Assembly (NCBI GenBank): GCA_040954595.2
Contig: CM082580.2
Span: 14,398,389 to 14,462,388 of the forward strand
Origin: Balanoglossus misakiensis
Lineage: Eukaryota > Animalia > Hemichordata
Length of the DNA: 64,000 nucleotides
Reading direction: 5' to 3'
Part shown: piece after piece, positions 41,260-56,200 of the stretch
Position numbering within the stretch: the first letter of the stretch is position 1
Layout of the letters: every line of letters begins with the position of its first letter
The notes under the pieces: model-generated
Database searches by the model: none
Told to the model about the DNA's origin: nothing
Seen by the model: the letters and a program-made list of their open reading frames with translations, nothing else
Translations under genes and position numbers: made by a program

Positions 41260-44200
41260 GAGAGAATGAGTGAGTGAGTGAGTGAGTGAGTGAGTGAGTG
41301 AGTGAGTGAGTGAGAGAGAGAATGAGTGAGTGAGAGAGAGAATGAGTGAGTGAGAGAGAGAGAGAGAGAGATCTTAGATGGAGATAGAGATCAGAGAGAG
41401 TACGGTATGTAATTACAGTCTTACACAATTTGGTTATGTCAATTGAGAGCAATAATGTGGTTTCAGTAAACGATGCCCTGGGGGGATCGAGCTGACAGCT
41501 TAATTGCTACTTTATAGTTTGCAGTTGTGGTGTACAACCTAATGAGGATGTAAGCAACAGCTAGCTTGCTTCAGACTTCTGCTTATGTCAGAAGTCAACA
41601 TCCTCACAGTTGTTCAGGCCACAGTTGTTCACTATAAAATTGTAATGAATCAGTTAAAATTATAGTTAAAATTGTATTGCATATTCAATAAATTGACTTT
41701 GACAGATGTCTGAAAGATATCAATGTAATATGGAAAATGTGGTAATGCAAATTTTTATTCTGGTTTTGGGTTTCAGCTGCGATGAATTCTAAATTTGAAA
41801 ATAGAGATGTTTTTCCACCATAGAAAAATAATATTACACACTGTAATCAAGCTATAATTAATACGAAAACTGAAGAAAGTATGATTCATTCTCTGTTATA
41901 ATTACTGGTATGAAAGTTTATGAAAGTCATAATCAGATTTGTCAAAAAATAGTGAATGACATTATGGTCCCCAAAAAGACTCTCATATTAAATTGTTGTC
42001 TGGATAATTCAATGGCTGCAAATTTAGTCCAACATTCTAAGGGTAAAAAGGTCATGTAAATCAGTGATGTAACTTTCAAGAGAAATGTATATGAAAGTAG
42101 TAACAGCTGTCCTGACATCCCACCCTCAAGGAAACCCTGAAATCATCCATGGGACATTACTTTTACAATCACACATAAAGTTTAAGTGTGTTTAGTCACA
42201 GTACCTTTAAGTCTGTAATATGATCAGCACATCTCCAAACAGATCCTGTCAGTGCGTGGCCGAGTGTACAAACTCGATTTGAATCCAAAGTAATAGTAGA
42301 AATAAACCACTATCAACAGTCGTCCATATCAGGATTTGCGTTTATTTTCTTTACTGAGGGTAGTTTGTCTAAATGGGTTATTCTATTCCTCACACACATG
42401 CACACTTGTGAAAATGTTTGGTGTGTGCAGTGTTTCTTCAACTTCTTGTCATCTTGCTTGTTTAGTTTGTGGGATGGTTATGATCAACCAGATGAAATGT
42501 AGGCCATGGTATTGAGAATAATCATGGGTTATGAAAAAAGTTATCATGGCTATTTGGTATGGTACCAGTATAAATGTATATAAATGTGTCACAGATTTTG
42601 TACCATGTCTTTTTGTGAATATATAACATCGTGTAATCCACATGACGAAGTATGAGCTGCTCTCAGTGATGTCCGGAGAACCAACCCTGGCTAATCTCAC
42701 ATGCATTCAAAGTGGAACAGGAAGTCATGCTTCTGTTAACTCTGTCTCTGGAGGGATGCACAGTGAAAGATGACAATGAGTAGGTTGGTAGGTTTATATA
42801 GGCAAGCTGAGAATTAACCTTACCGGGTGACAATTAGTTCAAAACAAACCAACCTCTTCTCCATCAGAGGTATAATATCTCTGTTTATTTTCTATTTTTA
42901 TCAACAGTTTACACTTGAACACCACAGTGGGCATATCCAGCTCTGGTTCACCAATACCACCTCCTATGCCAGTGGTCCATCTCTACCAGGCATCTCAATT
43001 GCAGACTTTTACAGTGAATGCTTTGTCAATAGATGGTAAGTCAAACACTGCTGAAACTTCTATTTGCATGCTGCTACAAATTAGCTCAATGTGAAACATG
43101 TTCCTACTATGCAAGTTTTGTTGGTCTTTTGCTTTGTTTATCATGGTGTTTTTTCCAAGTGTACTTGCACACATTCAAATGCCAGTACTTTTCCATGAAA
43201 TTTTCCAATTTGGATCTCTGAAATGTTGTGAATGTCCTCCTAACTAGGCCACCCACTACTCTACAAACTGGGACATGCCAGGCACACAGAAAAGATGGAT
43301 TCGCACCTTCCAGCTGATTCCACAAAAGTTGACAGCCGTTCTGGTGAGATATCTATCCAAACCAATCAAGTTGCAGTTGGAGTTTGGAATTTGCCAGTGC
43401 TAATAGAAGATGTTGTGACAGGCATACAGGTTAGGTTTCTTTAACTCTTTTAATGTCTGCTAGCAGTTTCTTCTCTTTTCAAATTTCTAAGAAAATTAAA
43501 AATATAGGCAAAGCTTCCTGCCTCAATATATATTTTCATGTCACAGTTACTGCATTAGACCTAGGCCTTTTCAAAAGAAACCCACTTTTTTCCCTATTCT
43601 GCACTCAAGAATTTAACAAAAACCTGAAAATTTTTGAAAATCAGCCCCCGAGGTATATTCCAGCTATTAAATCAATCTCTTTCAAGTTAAAGTTTGTCAG
43701 CTGTTTTTATTGTGAATGACACATGAACGGAGTACAAATTCAGTTCAGTGTGATCATAGACCATTGGGTGAATATGGTGAGTGGATGTTTACACAGTGGC
43801 AAGGATGCCAAAACAAGGGCTCAGAGTTGTTTGAAGAAATGTAAACATTCAATCTAATGTTCTGTATGACTCAGTGACATTTGCAGAGTTCAAGCACAGC
43901 AGAAAAAAACAATAACAATTCAAAAAGTGCCACATCTGCTATGTCTCTTTCATCAACTTTATGATGCAAAGATATGTTGATCAAATGACAATAATTCCTG
44001 CAGGAAAATGGTGTAATAGAGTTGAGCATAGAAACTCGAAAGATAACAAATGTTTGGGAATAACTAGTGATTTGCTCCATCAAGGCATAAAATAAATATT
44101 GTGTGGAAAACTATTTATTGTTATTTTCATCATCGTTCATCCACATAAACTGTGAGTGAAACAAAACATTGCTTGTCAACACCTAGACTTCAAACATAAA

Positions 44201-47200
44201 ATTTTCGATTGAGAGTTTACTCACTACTTCTGATGTTGTGCCCAGAAATAATGCGAGAGAAGGGAGGGGAGGAGGGAGAAAAATAAAGACAGGGAGAATA
44301 TATGTATGTGTGGTGGATGTAGGTGTCTGGCATCAAGCAGTGAGTCATTCAGGTGGTATGTTGCAGAGTGATTTGAAACTTGCTGAATGTAATTGAGTTG
44401 TGCAACTGCTGTGCTGTTGAGTATTGTTTTCACTGAAAATAGACAAGTCCAGAACTAAAGTATACAAGAAAATCATCAATCTGTCAGAAAAAGTTTACAA
44501 CTTTACTCTAGCTACTTGTATTACTGCCACTGGAGTGTTTGAAAATCTCCAGGCGTACAATTGAACTGAAATCCATGGCTAGATGAGAACCTCGTCTGCT
44601 TGTCAATGTACCGGTATTGTTTTTACCTGTAGTGAGTGGTGGCAAAATATCACTATACACACAAGATGCTTGCATGCCATATTTAATCCAAATGCAGATG
44701 CTTAAATTTCCCTTTTAACTTCACCTTAAAGTGTTGCTGCAAATGATTGATGTCCTTCTCTTTCGAACATTTGCAAAATGATGGCATTTTAGTGTGTAGT
44801 TCATTACAAATCACAACTTGAAGATGTGAGATGTCCCTAATCTAAACTACCAAACTAATACAAGCAACAAGCTTGTAAAGTAAATTGGACTTTACAAGTG
44901 GGATATTATCAATTAATTGAGTGGCATTTCAGTACTTTGTATTGAATATCAGAAAAACAGCTTAATATTAGACTTTTAATGAAGGACATCGCTGAGCAAT
45001 ATCCCAGGGCTGTGTGTCTGTTCGCCTCAAGTTAATGTACTTTTGGAGCCGACATGCACGCACTGCCCTGTGGCTATTGCACTATCTCCATAGTTACTGT
45101 CTACGGTACATCCTATTAAAATCTAATTTAAATATAGGTTTGGTAATTTTGTTTCTGTTTTAGAACAGTACTTCAAAATCACTTCCATGTCTCACCACTT
45201 GTTTATGAGATCTTTAAAAACTCATTAAATGCATGTTAATTTGTCTTCAACTATGTGGTGTCACATATTTATTCAACTGGCCCTGATAACCATTCAAGTC
45301 TTGGTACATTTTGTACATATTTCAATTGGGATTTTCTTCATTCAAGTTGTCATGTTGCTTACTTCTCACTTTCAGCTTGTTACAGGTCCATTGGTGCAAT
45401 GATGCAAGTTTCAAAGTTTCAATTCCCAATAAAAAAAACTTAATAATAATCTGGCATATAATCGTTTGCAGTGATATGAAACAAACCAGTCTGTGCTTTA
45501 GCTATCAGTTTGAAGAGATCAGAAAGTTTTTTTCTTCAAAACTGTGTGCATTAGATAAATTGAATGTGTTGCCTCCAAAACCAAAATCTATCGCTTTTTT
45601 ATATTTTTAGTCTACAATGGAAGTTATGCTGCACATCCATGCAACAGAAAATGGTAAAAACCAGCCCATGTTTGAGCCAACCAGTCCTTATCAGATTCGG
45701 GAACATGATGCTTGCATTGGAGAGCACTTCCAACTTGATATGGAGATTCTGACTGATAGCAAAGATGGGCTTTCTGTTGTTCCTCTCATTTCACTTCCAG
45801 ATGAACTGCAGATTAGAACATCACCAAATACTGCCTCAGATAATGGTAATATACATTTATCAGAGTTACAGATTAAAAATCAACATTTATCAATAAATTA
45901 TGTAATATTGTCATGAGACTACAAGACATGAAAAACGACTCCTAGAAATATATTTCTATATACTTGACAGAAAACATCAAGATTCACATAATCTTTTATT
46001 GCTTCTTGTTTTCAGTCACCATCACATCTCTGACATGGCAACCAAAATCAGCTGATCACTACAGCACGTGTCTGGCAGCAGTGGATGCTGCTGAGATGTA
46101 CTCCGTTCCGTGGTGTGTCTTCATCAATGTACAAACCACATGTGAGGGAAAGGTTAGTGAAGGTCATGTCAGGCCAGACTGCTGTGTTACTCAGTCTCAT
46201 GTCTCTCTCCCGTACGCGCAGTTTGCATCTGCATCTGAGATACAATCGATGGGCGGGTTTCAAAGTGACACATGCGCTGACTAAAAACAAATCTTATTTT
46301 GTCATGTGTTTTTAGGTAGGCTTCAAACAGACAAAATCCCAGCTACCATTCCCACTTTGTCTCTGTGGGCAAGCTTGGTCTCAAGTGTAATTTTCCTTTG
46401 GGAATTAATGAGCAATAAAATGTTAAAGATATCAAAGAAAGAAGAAAAAGAAAATTGCATTATTGTATGCTTTTGAAAGGAACAGAAATAAACATGTTCT
46501 TTTTTGGGGCCTAAATGCTATGAAAGTGTTTCTTATAACAGTTATTTCAAATGTCATGAGTGTGTGTATGTTTAAGTAGAGATTTATGTGAGTTAGACTT
46601 GTAGGAAGTGATAGAGCCATTGATAAACCTGCCTTGGGTTCTGACTGATTGTTGTTTCATTGTCTCTTTTCAGGCACCAGCGATTGACTTGAATGGCCCC
46701 GCATCAACTGGTAGTAATTACCAGGCCATGTACACTCCTGGGAAAGTCCATGCTGTGCCCATTACCAGTGTCTCAGTCGCCATAGAGACAGGCGCAAACT
46801 TACAACACATGTCTGTTGCACTGGGCGGTATCAGAGACACAGGGAATGAAATATTGGTGATGTCTCCAGATTGTTACCTAGACAGGAAGTTGAATTACCA
46901 CCAGAATGATGAATTCAGTGTTTTGTTCTGGGAAGGGGAAGACCGGGGTGGGGCGTACATCAAAGCTTTGTCATGCCTGAGATACGTCCACACTTTGAGA
47001 CAACCGACTGCTGGGAAAAGATTTGTCCTAATTACAGTGAAGAGCACGCATGGATTGAGTTCAAGGGCAGTGACAGAGATTGATGTCCTGGACTCGCAAG
47101 CCAGTCTGGTATCATCTGGATGTCACGTTGACACCCCAGCTGGTCATCCCGTTAGCCTCTTCACAAACAATGAAATGATTTCTTCATTGCTTCCAGGGAG

Positions 47201-50200
47201 TGCGGGTGTGGTGAACATGACTCTGACTTTGATGAACGTAGTAGATGGAGAAGATGAAATGTTTCAATTTATTCCAGAAACTGAGTTTGAGGATTTAAGT
47301 GTTGAATTTAGGGGCAAAAACCACCAGATTGTCCTGGCTGGTTCTGTCCCTTTCAAAGTTTACACTAGTATCCTAAAGCAACTCCAGTATTTGAATAAAG
47401 CTGAAGACCCAATTGAACAAGAAGTGCGTTTCCTATCCATTGAAATGCACACAGCTGATCAGCAAGTCTATGAAAATAGCAAAGTATGTGAGATTCGAGT
47501 GCAACCACTGGCTAGAAGATTTGTCCGGAGTGTAAACAGTGTAACTGTGACCTTCACAGAAGAGAATGGCCCAGTCTCCATCCCAGTGGAAGACCTTGGC
47601 ATTCTGGAAGGCTATAACACAAGTATGCCAACATCTATTGAAGTCTCCCTACGCAATCGCCCTGATGCCGACCAGGAAATTCTTGCTGTGCATGATGTCC
47701 AAGAAGAGCAAACATTCGACGTAGGTGGACGTCAGATAAAAGCAGTGGTCACCTACACTCCACTGGTTGATTTGACTGATGGTCTTCTAAACATATCAGG
47801 ATTAGAAACGGTTGAGGAGTTTGATGCAGTGTTGAAAACATTGACGTATGACAACCTGAACACCGAGCCCAACAGTGACACACGTGTCATAACTATACAG
47901 GTCAATGATGGAGTTTCTTACAGTGCAGTCAAGACTGTCTATGTTGATTTTGAAATGGTCAATGATTCACCCTACTTCAATTCCAATGAGAGACCAAAAC
48001 CTAGTACCCTGGAAGATGCTGGTCCAGCTACTCAAGTACCAATGACAACATTACAGTTAGCGGGTAAGTGTCTTTGCTATTAAACAATCTTTTTTTCTTC
48101 AATACCATTTCCTACAGTGTGGTTATTCCATTTGTTTGTTCTTATTTGTAAGACACATCCATCCATTCATAGGATAATGGAACCAAAAGCTTTGATATAT
48201 AAATTAGACATTTTACTAACTAAAGTTAAACATTGTTGACTAAATCCTCTTTCCCTGAGAAAGACTGTTGTATCATCATCCCTTTTGTTTAAAACTGCCC
48301 ATCTGGTTTCAGCTCTGGTTAAATCAAGATTAACATAAAAAGTTAAAATAAAAGAAAGAAATCAGGTTGTTGCATAAACAGGATCTGTTTCCTCAGTTGA
48401 CGGTATTTTGTGAAACAAAGCAAAGCAAAGAATGCTTAGTTTATCTCGCTTTGTTGCGTCTTTCTGTGTCTTTATAGTACCATTGATCCAAAGCAGATTG
48501 CTGTTTATACTAAACTCCTGAAGCTGTCCCGGCCTGAGTCTGGAAAGATGTTTAGGGAGAGAGCAAAGGTACCATCAGAAAGTCATTGAGCTGAAGCCAC
48601 AGCATCACAACCCTTGGTCTGCTCAATCACACACTAAATAGTTTACATTTCAGCTGATTAGTTGAGCTTTCTGATGGGAAACCTTGGATGGTAATCATTC
48701 ACACAGCAATAAATCTTCCTGGTGTCACTCCCCTCAGAAGCAAATGTTAATGACTTTACCATTCATACCTACCTCAGTAATGGTTTTTTAAGTGGCATCA
48801 GTGTCACTGTGACACTTTAATGCCTGGGATCCTGTTTTGGAAATAAACTTGTCCTGCATACTTGGGATATATGGGTGAAGTTTATCACTATTATTAATAT
48901 TTTTGACATTCTTACAACTTTCACTGACACTTTCACATGGCTAGCTAATGGAAATGTCGGTTACCTGCCCGTCTGACTGCATGTACCGTACATAAATGTT
49001 ATACACACAAATTGACTAGCCTCTAGTGGTATGCAGAAGTGACAACCTAGATTATTCAATGCCATAACATTTAAGATAACTGGGTGCCCTTCTTGAAGGC
49101 TATGATAGTCAGTGATAAATACATATAAACATCAGTTGAAATTTAGTTTGTGGCATACTTGATCTTTGTGTGGAATGAAGATCAACACAGAAATAAATCT
49201 CAATAAAGAAAAGGAAGATCGGAATCTTTCCAAATAAATAAAACCCCAGTCAAGACTTTCATTTTTTTCAGCGCACTTTCTGTTTTCAAAGTAATCGTAA
49301 AACTGTTCCTATTTCTGAAACATGTTTAATGAATAGTATGACTTTTGTACTTAGAGAGCAAAGTTCTTCGTCCATTCATTCTCACGGTGGTATGGGTTTC
49401 CAGAGTCCTAGAATGTTATTTATAGCCTAGTTGTAACATGTAATTGTGGTGTTGTTACTGCTATAAATCTGACCGCCTGACCTTGTATTTCCTGTGCTAC
49501 AGCCACATCAACAGAGTACGTGGATATTGTGCATCAACGCCCACTTAAAAAGGGCGGACTCTGTCACACTCAGAGGAGTCAACGAAACCCATATCATCTA
49601 GGCCAGTTGTGGAAATGCATGAGTTGTACAGTTTGGCCAAAACACGCACTGCATGTGTGTGTTAGCAACTTCGAGCTGTAACACGTCAGCAATGGAAGTT
49701 GAAAAGAAATCCTAGAAGTGATAGTAAATTTTGTATTAAAATATAAATAATCAGTTTGAAAATATACTTTTTGTGCATTTTTAATACCAGGATCGATTAT
49801 AAGTGATGAAGATGGTGATGATCCTGGCATAGCTGTGATTGGTGTGGATAACAGTCATGGATATTGGGAATATCTGGATTTTCCGGGAACATGGACAGGT
49901 CTGTGTGTAGATATGATATTATAGTGTGACATCATGGTTGTTACATGCATTTTAGAAACTCGTCTCTGGAATTAAGGCAACTGCATGACCATCAATACGT
50001 CTATTCTCAAATAAAAAAAATGTTTCCCTGTCAGACAAATCAGATAATAACATGACATGCTCACTTTGATTTTATTTACAGTTATTGACGTTCCAGGCAA
50101 GATCCAACCGGATGGAACTGTACACCGCAACACCACATTGGACAATTTAGCCATGGTTCTGAGAAGTGAATGGTCTAATTTCATCCGTTTCATACCAGAG

Positions 50201-53200
50201 CCTGATTGGCATGGCACATCATACATTGCATTTGTGGCTTGGGATGGCTCAGGTCAGTCTTTTTGAGATTAGGCTGGGCATATAGGGGTATGGGTAGATT
50301 CCTTGAAGATCAGTTTGTCGTATCTGTTCATATTTCATATGTTTCTCAGTTTATATCTTTCATGTTATTTAATAACATTGGGAATACTCTAAGTTATGTT
50401 TACTTTTATGCATATAAATAACAAAATTCAGTAAGATTTCCAAATGTATCATTAATCATTTAAAAAGAAAAGGAAATCTTTCTTGCATATGACCTTCTTT
50501 TGAATGACCCAGTGATGGCTAAATATAAAATGCAATTTCCACTTCTTCCTGTAAAGCTGACTCACATGATAAAAATTTGAAGTTGGGCCATCCCTGTTTA
50601 CCCTTATACTGATATGAACACTGCATTTCCTTTGCATTTTACCGTACTAAGTTCTGCTTCTGTTGCCTGTGTTGACCTAGAATCTAGTCTAGAGTTTTCT
50701 TGTGTAGAAACATTGATTGCAAAGTGGCACCCTAATGAATCTGTCTTTGTTTGATTGATTGATTGATTGATTGACACAGGTGGCAGTGGAAGTTTGGAAG
50801 ATGGTGAATACATCAATGCCACATCTTTCAATGACACTGATCCCTTCAGGTTAGTATACCCGTGTGTGTGTATGATGAAGCGCTTTCACAATTCAAACTT
50901 TAATTTTGAAATGTTGCCATGAATGATTCATTGTGAATGTTGTAAATGATGATCAATGTGGCACATAGATTGGCTTAAAATTTTTCCATTCATACCCAAA
51001 TTTACAGTACTTTGGATGATGTTAATATTTACTTGTGTGCAATCTTGCTTTGTTCACTCAGTGTGGATGTTGTAACCATTGCTCTGGAGATCTACCCAGT
51101 CAATGACAATCCAGTCCTAGATCCATCTGTGAGAATTGAAATGACTTCAATCAAAGAAGATGCTACCGCTGGTGATGGAGACAGCGTGCAAGTGTTGCTT
51201 AGCAACTGCAGTGACGTGGATATCAGCAGTGAGGAGGAGCTCCTAGGTGTTGCTATAATTGGTAGGATGATTGAAATCAATTTTCTGACAAGTTTAATTA
51301 GTTGTATTAAAAATAGGTTCATATGTTATAAACCTATATGTACATTTGTTTAAAGGTATACAATCACCCTTAATTTACATATGCCCATATATAGTTAAAA
51401 GGGCGTGGCTAAGTCTTTGAATGACCATTTGGTGGTGCAATTTCTTCATGTGTTCACCCTGTGAAAGTCTGTGATTGGCTAGATCTCAAATTTTTATGGT
51501 AATTAACTGACTCAATTTGCAAAGATGAATGTGTACACGTACCTTTAAATGTGTGAAATTACAAATATCAGTAAATGTATAATAAGCAATTAGTAAACAT
51601 TTGTGATGTTTGTTTCTCTATCCCTTATTAGCTGCTGACCTTAATAATGGCCAATGGCAATACAGTCTTGACGATGGCATGTCATGGACTGAAGTATCTC
51701 CTGTCACTGCCGACAGTGCATTGCTACTGGGTGACAGCAGAGGTGATGTCAAGCACAGAATCCGATTCATACCAAACCCTGACTGGAATGGTGTTGCTAC
51801 ACTCACGTTCAAAGCCTGGGATTTCTCCAATAATCTGACAGCTGGCATGTCACAGGTATGGGAGAATCTGTTAAAATAATGATCTTACAATGCAGATCTA
51901 CCAGTAGCTTATTCCAAACAATCGGCACTTGAATGACCTTGGGCGCATGATTCCTGTATTTGGTTGATTTTTATCTGTGACAGTGTTTTATGTCCTTGTC
52001 CCCAACATGAGGACATAAAATACATAAATTTCATAAACTTTTGACTGGTTTGTGAAAATGTAAGACATTGTGATGGTGTTTCTGCCATATGCAGAGTTTT
52101 CACCTCTGAAATGCAACCAATAAACTGTTGAAAAGATCAAAATGTCACTCAGCTGTACTTTGAACAATGTCAAACAAGTCTTCAACCGTTTACTTTAAAG
52201 ACTCTGGTTTACGTGTCCCACCACCACCCACCATCATCGTGATAAAAGTTTACAACCAAACTAAGTGTTAGTACTGAAAGCCTGTCGAAATGGAGAAGCA
52301 AAAATATACACTCATACTTTCCCTTAAAATTATACATCAACATTTGTATTTCATTCAATACATAGTACAGATGTTAAAAGCAAGGACTGCACACTTCTGG
52401 AAAGTCCTAAAAAATCCTGGAAAAAATATTACGTCTGGAAACTCCTGGACTAACCCACTTTTGATTTTGTGAAATTTGTAAAAGAGCACTCATGGTCAGT
52501 AGCACAATATAACAACATGTTTAAATAGATTAATAGGGAAATGCATGGTGACAAGTTTCAGGAAATGGGGATAATCAGTTTCACAATATATATTTTATTA
52601 ATAGAATTTATGCACATCACTACTTCCATCAAAGTGTGTAAGGGCCCACTCGAAGATTTATTCTGCAGTTTCAAATCTGAGTAATGAGTGTCAATCAAGA
52701 ACCGTCTAAGGGCTGTACTGCCACTGCATGCACACCGAAAACTTCCTTTCAATTACAAGTAATACATTTTCAACTGCGCATCACAATAAATTCTCAAACA
52801 TAAACCTATAAAGCTTCTCCCCACCATGTCCATACTAAACTTGCTATGATTCAGTGCCCTGTGAGATCTGTGAACTAATCACCCACACACTCCTATACCT
52901 CGTGAGATCATGAGATCATTTGGATGTGAGAATAGTCAACGCCTACACCTATTAACTTCTGACAGTGAAAGCTGTTAAACCATGATGTTTCCAAACAGTA
53001 TCCAAGATGCAGTGGCATCTTATAATATGGCAACAATGGCCCCCTGCAGTTGTCGTAATATTTATTTACATATAAGTGCTATGCACCATAGTCTTGTTTT
53101 CATTGACCGTGAATTGGTCTCCAGTTGACCCCCTTCCAATGACCTTAGATTGAACTTTCTCAATGTTCCTTGGTGAAGACAGCACACGATTTCATTAACT

Positions 53201-56200
53201 TTCACCTTCAAAGGTATCCTTAAATTTTGATTCTGTATTTAGTAAAGGTTAAAATGCAAATTACTTAGTACTTGCACACATACTGCAGTTCTGTTTGGTT
53301 AACCTGATAGTTTACGTGTACTGTAGATGAAATGTTGAGTTTAATCCTGGAGAGTGTTTGGTCTATAAAGGATATTTGTACAAACAATTTTAAACAAAGT
53401 TTGTTTAGTTGCAGAGTGTATTGGTAATGTGCCAGTTTGATTTAATATTATCAGAGCTATAAGTACATTTTCCACAGTGGTGACTTCAACAGCATGGTCA
53501 CTGTCTCCTTTTATCATTTCCGCAGGTTGACACAACGACGTCCAGCGCCACTGAAGGTGCATTCAGCATTAGTGAGGGCACTGCAGTGCTTACAGTAGAA
53601 CCCGTCAATGACTCGCCTATTCTCAAACAGGCCACTTTCTTCCCCTCTGTAAGAGAAGATGTTATCTCCTCAACTGGCACTGTCATCATACAAATTATTC
53701 TGTGGACATGGAGTGATGTCGATGTTGGGGACGTACCAGGTGCCGCAGTAGTTGCTACGGACAACAGATTTGGATATTGGCAGTACACATGCGATGGTGG
53801 CTATCCGTTCAACTGGGTCAACTTCACAGGCAGCTACTACAAAGGTCAACTCATTTTCCAGACGCCAAACTTTGAGGCTGCCACTCTGCTGTCTGCCACC
53901 TGTAGAATTCGCTTCATTCCGCAGTCAAATTTCAACACTCAATACGACAGCAATGGTGACGCACGACCCGCAGAGGACATGCCCTTTATTACGATACTAG
54001 CATGGGATCAGAGTGGAGAGACCAGCACCATGATTGGCCAGTATGGTGTGGATGTCACTGACCACGCTGATGACCCTCACAACCCGTACAGTTCAGAATT
54101 CTACAACGTGACGCTGGAAATTCAATCCAGCAATGACAGGCCAATTATGAAAGTTGGCGGAATAGACTCTGTAAACTTTGAAAACACATTTATGGAGAAC
54201 TCGTATTCAGTAGGCATTGTTGCTGATGACTTGGTGTTGTACGATGTGGATAGTTCCAGAGTTCGTTATGTGACAGTCACCATTGCCTATGATTTCGCAT
54301 CTGTCTTGGGACTTGGATACCCTGAAGTAATGGACTGTGAGGGCGCCACCAATGCAAGCAATGCTCACGAACAGATCTATTTCAACGTCAGTGGCACACC
54401 CCTTGAAGCAACAGTGCAGTCTTGGTGTCCCTTTGAGATCAAGTTTGCTCATGGCATGGAATCACTTGTCGCAGACTTTATCACAGTCATGAAAACTCTG
54501 CAGTACGCGAACACGAAGCAAGAACCCCATCCTGCTGATCGCATTATCTCATTTAGAGTCAGAGACACGTACACCTATGGTTACACTGTGCAGACAACAG
54601 TTCACATGCAGCTGGAAAATGACGCCCCAGTTTTAGTTCTACATCTAGCTGGAGACATCTTCTCTATTGTCACTTACACAGAAGGACAGGGGGAATTACA
54701 AATCACTCCAGATCTGCAACTGACCGACAGTGATAGTCCGTATATTGTAAATGCAACAATCAAACTTGCAAACTTTGATGAAGGCTATGAAATACTTGAT
54801 GTGAATACCGAAGGAACTGGTATTGATCAAACATTCATGGATGGTGAGCTGACTTTACTGGGTGGAGATACAGTGGCAAATTATTCACAGGTGCTGCGTT
54901 CTCTCACTTACACTAACTCTCGTCCAGATGCAGACTACGCAGAAAGGACCGTGGAAATCACTGTAAATGATGGCGAGTTGGACTCGGAAACTGTGGAGTG
55001 TCGTCTGACGTATGTAACTGTCAACAACCCGCCTGTTCTGACACCCATTCAGGTTAATTTGAATTCCATCAGAGAAGATGACAAGAACTCAACTGGTAAT
55101 GCAGTTGTAGATCTGCTTGTGCATGCGTCTGATGCAGACAATACAGTGTTGGGTATTGCATTGCTGGACTCCGATAATGATAAAGGAAGATGGCAGTATA
55201 CATTGGATGGGAGTAACTGGAATGATATCCAAGTCAATGGTATCACAGATGCACTGCTCCTTACATCACTGCCGGAAGAGCAGCACAGGGTGAGATTCCT
55301 GCCAGATGACAACTTCCACGGTGAAAGTTGGATATTGTTCAAAGCGTGGGACTTGACAAGCAATTACATAGACGGTGCTACCAATATGGATGTGAGCGGA
55401 GCTGATCTGGTGACTGGTGCCTTCAGTGTTAATGAGACATTTGCAGGGATTCAGGTTGAATCAGTGAATGATTCCCCAGTGTTGCTGAGTGGTGGCACAT
55501 TGCCTGAAATCCAAGAGGACATTGAACCAGAGGACAACTTGGGAATTAAAGTAGACAACTTGTTGAAAGATAAATTTTCAGATGAGGATGATGATGCTGT
55601 TGGCATAGCTGTAATTGGTGTGGATAATCGCCATGGTAACTGGCAGTACAGCTGCAACAAGACGGGACCTCTTCAGTGGGTTGATTTTATTGGTGACATC
55701 ATTTATGGCAAAGTAGTTCCCGAGACACCAGTGGCAGAAAAAGCGACTCTGTTGTCCACAAACTGCTCTGTACGGTTTCAACCACAGAAGAACTTCAATA
55801 CTGAATTTGATCTCAGTGGTGATGAGCGGCCAAGCTCTGATATTCCAGCTGTCACTGTACTCGCATGGGATAACACTGGTGGAACCATGGGACATGTTGG
55901 CAAGTACGGACAAGACACCACAGGGAACATGGAGAATGAAAGTGAATTCAGTTCTGTGGCATTCAACTTCACAGTCACTGTAAAGTCAATCAATGATCCA
56001 CCTGTTCTAAAACTAGGCAAGTGGGACAACTTTGACAGCATTTTCACGGAAGATGGACCCGCTGTACACATTGTTGACTTGTCAGAATTGGAGCTGATGG
56101 ACATCGATAATTCCTACTTTCAGAACATAATGGTCAGCATTGAAAACGTTGAGGATGGGGATTCAGAAACCTTGACTGTTATGACATCAGACTTGGTCAG

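Noticed and set aside
42520-42532. 13-bp match to satellite box 1 (AATCATGGGTTAT) in an intron
   Set aside because: Isolated, no box 2 or flanking similarity; compatible with chance in AT-rich DNA.
44996-45080. Imperfect inverted repeat (GCAATATCCCAGGGC...GCCCTGTGGCTATTGC) as a pre-miRNA
   Set aside because: Pairing is limited and interrupted; more likely a decayed small transposon end, and it cannot be supported without small-RNA data.
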